In this document: positions 31,588-38,632 of the stretch, piece after piece
Position numbering within the stretch: the stretch's first letter is position 1
Layout: each line of letters opens with the position of its first letter
Origin: an uncultured Acidobacteriota bacterium
Lineage (GTDB): Bacteria > Acidobacteriota > Terriglobia > UBA7540
Assembly: GCA_963731705.1 (NCBI GenBank)
Contig: CAVSWQ010000045.1
Span: forward strand, 981-64,980
DNA: 64,000 nucleotides
Direction of reading: 5' to 3'
Notes under the pieces: model-generated
What the model was told of the DNA's origin: nothing
What the model saw: only the letters and a program-made list of their open reading frames with translations
Databases searched by the model: none
Made by a program: the position numbers and the translations under genes

Positions 31588-31731
31588 TTACCTCTTCTTC
31601 TTTTTCGCTTTGGCTTTGGGCTTTGCCTTGGCTTTGGCTTTCGGCTTCGCTTTCGCCTTCGGCTTTGCCTTGGCTTTGGCCTTCGGCTTTGCTTTGGCCT
31701 TCGGCTTTGCTTTCTTCTTGGCTACTGCCAT
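31588..31731 (-). CDS. small (47 aa) lysine/alanine/proline-rich basic protein, histone H1-like (KAKP)n repeats
   Basis: Absent from the ORF track because it is under 60 aa. The minus strand reads GAGAGGAGAATAGA-ATG, encoding MAVAKKKAKPKAKAKPKAKAKAKPKAKAKPKAKAKAKPKAKAKKKKR and ending in TAA. It has a strong SD, an upstream promoter and a downstream terminator. Confidence 0.7.
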   Translation of the reverse strand: MAVAKKKAKPKAKAKPKAKAKAKPKAKAKPKAKAKAKPKAKAKKKKR

Positions 31732-31801
31732 TCTATTCTCCTCTCGAACGTTGTTGAGATCGCGTCAGCTAATTGCTGACGGAGCGCGTGCTCAGTCACA
31801 A

Positions 31802-31830
31802 TGTATAGTGACAGTCGAGAATCTTGTCAA
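31802..31830 (-). promoter_or_regulatory. sigma70-like promoter for the small basic protein gene
   Basis: On the minus strand, TTGACA (31830-31825), a 17-nt spacer and TATACA (31807-31802). The 5' UTR contains the perfect palindrome cgtcagc-taatt-gctgacg (31763-31781). Confidence 0.5.
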
Positions 31831-31995
31831 GAAGAAAGTGAAGTCGCGATTTTGAATCGAGTGTAAAAAAATATTCTTCTCGCATTGTTTTCGTCACCTC
31901 CGAAAAACTTCACATCGTCTCATCAAACTTTTCTTTCTCTGAAAACTTCAAAGCGCGAGCGTTTTTCACTGCATCCAAGTAAACTGAAAGTGAGG

Positions 31996-33012
31996 ATGAA
32001 TCGGATGACGACACGGCAACAGAAAAATATCGGCAGATGCTTCGGGACCGCATCAATAGCAGGCTTCATGCTTGTGCTGCTGTTGTCTGCCGTGGCGGGC
32101 GCTGCGGCGCAGGAAGTCCCGCAAACAACCGGACCGACGCTGAAAGTCACAACGGAGGCGGTCAACGTTTATGCCGTGGTACGAAACAAGCACGGGCGAC
32201 TTATTCCCAATCTCACCAAGAATGATTTCGAAATCAAAGAAGACAACACCCCGCAGAAAATTTCTTACTTCACGCGCGAAACAGACACACCACTGACTCT
32301 CGCCATCATGATCGACACGAGTCCAAGTCAGGAAAGAGTTCTGGACGTCGAGCAACGTGAAGCCAAAGCTTTTCTCCGTCAGGTGCTGCGGCCCAAGGAC
32401 CTGGCGTGCGTCATCCACTTTGATCTTGAGGTGGAACTTCTGCAGGATTTCACGATCGACCAGCGTCGGCTGGACAACGCAATCGATGCCACTGTCATCA
32501 ACGGAGGCGGCCACGGTGTGTTACCTTCACCGCTGCCAAGCCGCGGCGTCGGAGGCACACATCTTTACGACTCGGTTTATCTGGCTGCCAATGAATTGAT
32601 GAGCCATGAAGTCGGGCGGAAGGTGCTGATCCTCCTCACAGACGGCGAGGATCAAGGAAGCAAGGAAAGCCTTAACCAGGCGCTCGAAGCCGCGCAGAAA
32701 TCCGATTGCATCATTTATGCCATCGACATCGTTGATCGTGCCTTTTACGGATTCGGCAATATGGGATTCAGGGGAGACTCGGTCCTGCGCAAACTCTGCG
32801 AGCAAACCGGGGGAGACGTCATCAAAGTTAAAAAGATCAACAATACCTCGGCAGCGTTCCAGGAAATCGCCGACGAACTCCGAACGCAGTATCTTCTAGG
32901 TTACACTCCATCCAACTCCAGAAAAGATTCCGGGTTTCGCAAGATCAAAGTTCGCGTCACTCACGGCAATTACAAAGTGCAAGCCCGAAGCGGATATTAT
33001 CCGCACTCGTGA
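31996..33012 (+). CDS. secreted VWA (von Willebrand factor A) domain protein, acidobacterial VWFA-related type
   Basis: ATG at 31996 with a signal/TM segment. The sequence LAIMIDTSPSQ matches a MIDAS-like DxSxS motif, and LLTDGEDQGS is present. The C-terminus FRKIKVRV..YKVQARSGYY is typical of this family. Confidence 0.8.
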   Translation: MNRMTTRQQKNIGRCFGTASIAGFMLVLLLSAVAGAAAQEVPQTTGPTLKVTTEAVNVYAVVRNKHGRLIPNLTKNDFEIKEDNTPQKISYFTRETDTPLTLAIMIDTSPSQERVLDVEQREAKAFLRQVLRPKDLACVIHFDLEVELLQDFTIDQRRLDNAIDATVINGGGHGVLPSPLPSRGVGGTHLYDSVYLAANELMSHEVGRKVLILLTDGEDQGSKESLNQALEAAQKSDCIIYAIDIVDRAFYGFGNMGFRGDSVLRKLCEQTGGDVIKVKKINNTSAAFQEIADELRTQYLLGYTPSNSRKDSGFRKIKVRVTHGNYKVQARSGYYPHS

Positions 33013-33187
33013 AATTCAGGATGGAATCCTGCGCGGTTTCCCGTGCAAACAAAGATGGAACCCTTCTGCCTGACAGGCGAAGCTCATGGGCGGGGAAAAC
33101 CCTCTGTCCGTTCCCGGCCGCTGATGATCAACTGTGAAGTCTAAAGCGGGGTCGGAATGATAACCCGGTGATGTTCACGCCAAAGGA

Positions 33188-34138
33188 TTACCGGGAGGGA
33201 GCAAAGTATCCGGCCTTTGCCTGCACGCGTAATCCTTTCCTGTCCATCTTGATGGCGATTTTGCGGAAGCTGCCGTCGTGGGCTGTAATGGCGTACGCCA
33301 GGCTGTACTGGCTGCGCAACTCTTTGCCGATCTTCTGGAATTCTCCGGCCAGATCGGCGGCCTCAACCGGGAAGAAAGCGTCACCACCTGTTTCTTTCGC
33401 CAGATACTTGAGGACATTGTCGCCCCGGGTATGCAGTCCATACCAGTTGGTGCTGATGGCATAGATAGTGGCTTCCGCCTTCTGTGCCATAGAGAGCGCC
33501 TCTTCCCGCGAGTGTTGGCTAAAGTTGTCCTGGCCGTCAGAGACTACAATCAGGACGCGCCGAAGATAGGGTTCCGGCGCAGGGGTATAGATCATCTTTT
33601 CCTTGCAGGCAAAATAAATGGCGTCGTAGAGGCCCGTTCCACCACCCGCCTGGAGAGAATTAATGCCCTGCTTCAACTTGTCAAGGTCACCTGTATAGTC
33701 CTGCACCATCACCGGCTCAACATCGAACCCCACAACGAAAGCTCTGTCTGTGTCCGGCCGGATGGTATCGTAAAGAAAATCGGTGGCGGATTCCTGTTCA
33801 AAGTGCAATCGCATCCGGATGCTGTTGCTGGTATCAATCAGAACTCCGATGCGGAGCGGAAGGTTCGCCTCACGATTGAAGAAAAGAATCTTCTGGGGTT
33901 TGCCGTTTTCGTAAACTTTGAAGTCTTCCTTCTTGAGATTCGTCACTAACCGATTCTTCTTGTCGAGAACTGTGAACAGCACGTTCTCCAAATTCACGTT
34001 GATCTGAATCTGCGCCGCTGCGTTCTGACCAGGACTCTGGCTGGAGGACGGGCCGGAGTTAGGTTTTTGAGTGGTCTGTGCGGAGGAGGATCCCGCGAGA
34101 AAAAATCCGATCAGTAGTAAGCCAAAAAACTTCTTCAT
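33188..34138 (-). CDS. secreted VWA domain protein, paralogue of 31996..33012
   Basis: 316 aa. Has a signal peptide, VLIDTSNS, VVSDGQDNFS, and the C-terminal sequence FRKIAIKMDRKGLRVQAKAGYF. Confidence 0.8.
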   Translation of the reverse strand: MKKFFGLLLIGFFLAGSSSAQTTQKPNSGPSSSQSPGQNAAAQIQINVNLENVLFTVLDKKNRLVTNLKKEDFKVYENGKPQKILFFNREANLPLRIGVLIDTSNSIRMRLHFEQESATDFLYDTIRPDTDRAFVVGFDVEPVMVQDYTGDLDKLKQGINSLQAGGGTGLYDAIYFACKEKMIYTPAPEPYLRRVLIVVSDGQDNFSQHSREEALSMAQKAEATIYAISTNWYGLHTRGDNVLKYLAKETGGDAFFPVEAADLAGEFQKIGKELRSQYSLAYAITAHDGSFRKIAIKMDRKGLRVQAKAGYFAPSR

Positions 34139-34448
34139 CGTCGCCCTGACTGACTTCCCCGCTCATTATAGAGTGGGGGTCCGGCAACGTCAACGAACGT
34201 TAGGCCAAAAAAACAAGGAGATATCTCATCGCAAGTCCGTAACTCTGTGGGAATCTGACCCGTTCTCCGATGAGCCTGCTATACGCTGAGCAGAACTCCG
34301 GAACAACGACCGCGTTTTCGCGCGGGTGTGCCCGGAGCAGGAATTTAAGGGGAGGGGACAGGACCGGTCGGGTGGCGTCGCAAGACTGAACCTCGGCATA
34401 TCACCAGATTGCGCGCCCGAGATGGGCAATAGGAAAAGAGGAGGCAGC

Positions 34449-34944
34449 ATGGGACGTTGCAAAGCAATCGGTTCCGTCGTTGCCCGATGCCTGTTCTTCA
34501 GCCTGAAAGCTGCTTCAGCCGCCCCCACCCCCAATCCAAGCCAACCCGCCTGGGAGATGGGAAATCAAGGAGAGGGTCACAGCAGTCATGGGCGAGGAGC
34601 ACAAGGAACACGGCCACAGCCACAATAAAAAGAAAGCGCGCGAGTGGCGCTCTCTGTTCACGACCGGGAAATCATCCGCAACTATTTCCGCGAATACCCG
34701 TCAGACCTTCCTCCGGGGCTGGCCAAGCGCGGAAGCAATCTGCCGCCGGGATTAGAGAAATAGCTTCGGGAAGGCTGCACACTACCCCCGAGGTTACAGA
34801 AAAGGCTTAGGCCGTGCCCTGTGAGGCTCTCGCGGCGGCTGCCACCTCTTGCTCTCCGGCTATTCGCGCAAGATGATGGGAACGCAGCTGCTGATTCTTG
34901 ACAGCATGAATGTGATCAGGGACATCATGGTCCTGTCAAGATAA
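34449..34944 (+). pseudogene. decayed gene for a small secreted LPPGL-repeat protein (CigR/RcnB-like architecture), with about 3 frameshifts and 1 in-frame TAG
   Basis: A strong SD (AAGAGGAGG) precedes the ATG at 34449 and a signal-like N-terminus. The pieces ..GHSSHG / EEHKEHGHSHNKKKAREW / SVHDREIIRNYFREYPSDLPPGLAKRGSNLPPGLEK*LREGCTLPPRLQKRL..LPPL / GYSRKMMGTQLLILDSMNVIRDIMVLSR are only contiguous when frames are switched near 34592, 34650 and 34860 and the TAG at 34761 is read through. Confidence 0.6.
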
Positions 34945-35222
34945 GAACTACCCCAAAAACTCTGGTCTCCCAGTAGGGACGCCTGCCGGACGAGGAAAGG
35001 CAACCCGAAGATCAGCCTTCTTAATTACTGCTTGGGGTCTTTTCAGGCCCGGGTTGCGCTGGCGGGACGGATAATCAACTGGTAAGATGTCTCTTGGATG
35101 GATTGGGGCCCAATTCTTCTCATTTTCTCTTTGACGGGCAAGAAGGTTAAGTGGTGAAATTAATTATTGGTCGCTGGGAGTCTTATCTCAGGGGGGCCAT
35201 AGGCGGGCAGAGGAGGAATCCT

Positions 35223-35924
35223 ATGGTGCGGAGTACATTCAAGGTTCTGGCGTTAGCGCTCGTGATGGCGGCGCTTCCTGCCGTACTTCAGGCTCAAACG
35301 AGCCTCGCAGAGGCACAGAATCAATATTGGATTCCAGAAGGAACAGAGTTCAAGCTCGCCCTGCACTCAACGATCAGCTCCAAGAAGTCAAAAAAAGGGG
35401 ACATTGTTTTCACCACGCTGCTCGAACCTGTTTTCGTTGAAGATCAGGAAGTGCTGCCGAAGGGCATTCGCGTAGACGGCCGTGTCCAGGAAGTCCATGG
35501 AGCCGCCCATCGCGGGAAAGGCGGCCAGCTTTATGTCCTTTTCAACACTCTCACGCTACCCGACGGCCAAAAGGTGGCAATCAGCGGCTCTCTGACAGAA
35601 GTTTTTGCCAGTAAGAACGGAGGAGATAACTCCACTGTGGATGCCGAGGGTGATCTCAAGGGCGGCGGACCAGGTAAGGCAAAACGGATCATTTTATTTG
35701 GGGCTCCGACTGCGGCCGGCGTTGCCGCTGGCGGGATTGGTGTAGGCATCGCCGCTGGCGTTGGAGGCGCGCTCGCCGCATACTTCCTCCCCAAAGGCAA
35801 GCAGGCAGTACTTCCCTCCGGATCGCTGATCGGGATGCGCCTGGACAGAGACCTGACCATCACGCTCCACCCTCAGCAACAGAGCCAGAGCGGTGCCGCT
35901 GCTCAGGCCTTGATCAAGAAGTAG
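35223..35924 (+). CDS. secreted protein with TrbI/VirB10-like beta-barrel signature and a Gly-rich hydrophobic segment
   Basis: ATG at 35223 follows GAGGAGG. The product has a signal peptide. IPEGTEFKLALHSTISS..GD.V...L..PV.....VLPKG..V.GRV and ..LPSGSLIGMRLDRDL resemble the VirB10/TrbI C-terminal domain pattern. Confidence 0.45.
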   Translation: MVRSTFKVLALALVMAALPAVLQAQTSLAEAQNQYWIPEGTEFKLALHSTISSKKSKKGDIVFTTLLEPVFVEDQEVLPKGIRVDGRVQEVHGAAHRGKGGQLYVLFNTLTLPDGQKVAISGSLTEVFASKNGGDNSTVDAEGDLKGGGPGKAKRIILFGAPTAAGVAAGGIGVGIAAGVGGALAAYFLPKGKQAVLPSGSLIGMRLDRDLTITLHPQQQSQSGAAAQALIKK

Positions 35925-36156
35925 ATTCCTGCACTCCACCCTTCCAACCCTGAAAATCTCTCGGGCATTTGTCTGCATTTCATTCTTGGTGTGTCCTTCA
36001 TGCTTTGAGGGTTTGAGCCGGACCGGTGACCAGAACACGCGGCAAGCCCACAGACTCGCATGCCCAAAGCGCAATAAGCCCTTGAGGACCAATCAAGCTG
36101 ATCACATCACATCGTGGATGAGCAGATTAGAGATTTTTGCTGCAGGGGCAGCCAGG

Positions 36157-37425
36157 TTATACACATTCGAGCAGACTAAACGACCTTGCAGCTACGGGCC
36201 TGAGCAGTTTCAGGTGCGCGGCTTTCTCGGGAGCGCTCTTCTTGGAAAGAATTTGAAGGGCCTTTTGGAGCTGCTTGTCGTCCGGCCCGCCCAATTTTGG
36301 TGCTGCTGTTTCTCCGGATGCTGCGGCAGCTTCATTTTCAGCAGACTGCATCACGTTCGGCGTGATGCCGTTTCCGGGAATGGGCTTCCCGTCAGGAGTG
36401 TAATACTTGGCAACGGAGAGCAACAGTGCGGACCCGTCCCCCACAGGAATCAGCTTCTGGTAAACGCCTACGCCGAAACTGGTGACGCCGACCAGGTCGC
36501 CGCGTTTGTTATCGAGGATAGCTCCGGCCACTATTTCCGCCGACCCGGCCGTCGACTGGTTAATCAGGACAACCAGCGGCAGCTTCGTGATTTGGTCAGA
36601 AGCCTGCGCGACAACTTCTTTTCGGGGGTAGCGTTGACCGTAAAGATAGGTAATGAGTCCGTGGTCAAGAAAGAGATTGGCCGTCTTTTCGCCTTCCTTC
36701 TCGCTTCCTCCAGCACAGTCCCTCAAATCCAGAACGATCTTACTGTCTCCGGCGGAAATCAGCTGTTTGAGCTGGGCGGCAATTTCATCGGACTTTCCCT
36801 CATCAAACGTAGGTACGTGCAAATACGCTGTGGCAGGTTCAATCGTTTTTGCCACCAGAGGTGCGTTCTTCAAGATCTCACGAGCTAAGGTAAGTTTTTC
36901 CGGCTGGCCCTGGGTTCCCTTAATCACAGACATTTCGATAGAAGTGCCGGGAGCCCCGTCCAGCAGTCGGTTAATCTGGACTACTGACAATTCCCGGATC
37001 CGCTTGCCATCCACCTCATCAATCAGGTCGCCGGGAAGAATCCCCGCCTTTTGCGCCGGGCTGTTCGGAAGCACAGACACAACCGTGGCAAATCCCATCC
37101 TCTTCGAGAGAAAGATCCCGATGCCGGCCGGACCCGGGTGAGGGTGTTGCAGGTATTCCTGATATTCCGCGGGAGTAAAGTACGTGCTGTAGGGATCGAG
37201 CGCTTCAAGCAAGCCGCGGATGGCCCCCTTGGTCACATTCTTCATGTTTGGCTGGGTCACATACTCCTGCTGGATTCTGGAAAGGACCTGGCTGTAGACG
37301 CCCAGGTCGCGATAGGATTTCTCCCCCTGGTCAGTGCTTCCGCGGCCAAGAACGCCTCCAATGATGACGTAAAAAATCAGCAGCGAGGACAAAAAGATAA
37401 CAACCAGACGGACATGCTTCGTCAT
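36157..37425 (-). CDS. S41 family C-terminal processing peptidase homologue (PDZ domain)
   Basis: 422 aa. Has an N-terminal TM helix, a PDZ region (SPAQKAGILPGDLIDEVDG) and an S41 core (VVLINQSTAGSAEIVAGAILD..FGVGV). Confidence 0.8.
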   Translation of the reverse strand: MTKHVRLVVIFLSSLLIFYVIIGGVLGRGSTDQGEKSYRDLGVYSQVLSRIQQEYVTQPNMKNVTKGAIRGLLEALDPYSTYFTPAEYQEYLQHPHPGPAGIGIFLSKRMGFATVVSVLPNSPAQKAGILPGDLIDEVDGKRIRELSVVQINRLLDGAPGTSIEMSVIKGTQGQPEKLTLAREILKNAPLVAKTIEPATAYLHVPTFDEGKSDEIAAQLKQLISAGDSKIVLDLRDCAGGSEKEGEKTANLFLDHGLITYLYGQRYPRKEVVAQASDQITKLPLVVLINQSTAGSAEIVAGAILDNKRGDLVGVTSFGVGVYQKLIPVGDGSALLLSVAKYYTPDGKPIPGNGITPNVMQSAENEAAAASGETAAPKLGGPDDKQLQKALQILSKKSAPEKAAHLKLLRPVAARSFSLLECV

Positions 37426-37774
37426 TTAAGTCGCTACTCCTTCGGTGGGCACCCCTATTTGGACTCCCTAGCAGACACTATAGCATACCTCCAACTTCAG
37501 ATGCATTGGCATCCCGGGCATTTTCTGGCCCGCTCCCGGCCTTATGCTCCCTATCAATTTTATCGATTGGACGCGAGATGGCAACCTCCGCCAAGATGAA
37601 GGAGTGCCATGGTCGACCAACAGCAGATCACGAAAAGGCAAGAACTGGACCCCATGATGCGTTCACTCTGATTTAATCACAAATTAACTCCACCGTAATA
37701 ATCGTCACCCACAATGTAGTTTTAACCCGTTCCCGCATTGGCGCAGTTCAGCCAGAGTGAAAAGGAGGGAGCCT

Positions 37775-38617
37775 ATGCAAAACTCAGCAAAAATCTTAAA
37801 GCGTTATCTGGTTGCCAGCGATTTTGACCAGACGCTCAGCTTCCATGATTCCGGGTACGTCCTGAGCGAGATAGTGGGCATTCCCGGCAGAGAATTTGAA
37901 CGCAAGACCGCAATCCTCTCGGTACAGAACTTCGTCCAGCAGGGCGCCGAGCTATCCTACCTTCTGCTCCATGATCCTGACCTGCACGCCCGTGTCCGCA
38001 AGGAACACCTGACCCGGGCGGGTAAGAACATCCGGCTCAAGCGAAACATCCAGCAGCTCCGGGACCTGCTCAGCAGCGCCATTGAAGGTTACGCCTTTGA
38101 ATTTCACGTCCTTTCCGCCGCCCCGCAGGAAGTGGTGGAATCCGCGCTCGAAAACGTCATCCCGCCGGACCACGTCCATGGAACCCAGTTACGCTATGAC
38201 AGTGCCGGCCGCGTGGAAGGCATCGTCCGGGTCAACGCGGGGTACGGCAAGGTCACCACGCTCGACGATCTCCAGTGCCTGCTGCAGATTGGCGCGGACA
38301 GAGTCATCTATGTGGGTGACGGCAGCTCCGACGTACACGTCATGCTCCACGTCAATCGGCGCGAGGGTTTCACCGTGGCAGTTTCAGAGGCCCGTACCAT
38401 CGCTCAGATTGCCCGGAGGACCGTCCTCAGTGACGATGCTCTCAGCGTCCTCGTGCCCATCCTGGAAGAGATCGCCGGCTGGAACCGGCCGCGCATCCGC
38501 AGCTTTTTTGAGGAGCAGGGCCTGCTGATTCAGGGCTGGGACAAAGTGCAGGCCGATTGGCTCACCTTCCGCTCGTCATCGTCCCATTCGAACGGAAGCC
38601 CCCGAGCCGGATACTAA
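37775..38617 (+). CDS. HAD-superfamily hydrolase (subfamily IB-like)
   Basis: ATG at 37775 follows AAGGAGGGA. Contains the DxDxT motif (ASDFDQTLS) and a late GDGSSD motif. Confidence 0.7.
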   Translation: MQNSAKILKRYLVASDFDQTLSFHDSGYVLSEIVGIPGREFERKTAILSVQNFVQQGAELSYLLLHDPDLHARVRKEHLTRAGKNIRLKRNIQQLRDLLSSAIEGYAFEFHVLSAAPQEVVESALENVIPPDHVHGTQLRYDSAGRVEGIVRVNAGYGKVTTLDDLQCLLQIGADRVIYVGDGSSDVHVMLHVNRREGFTVAVSEARTIAQIARRTVLSDDALSVLVPILEEIAGWNRPRIRSFFEEQGLLIQGWDKVQADWLTFRSSSSHSNGSPRAGY

Positions 38618-38632
38618 AGCGCGGGCGGCAAG

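Noticed and set aside
31499-31855. Three overlapping plus-strand ORFs with LALAFGF/WLWPSAL repeats
   Set aside because: They are mirror images of the minus-strand (KAKP)n gene. That gene has its own SD, promoter and terminator, whereas the plus-strand versions lack a ribosome-binding site.
35986-36888. 300-aa plus-strand ORF
   Set aside because: It is antisense to the S41 peptidase gene and has no recognisable motif.
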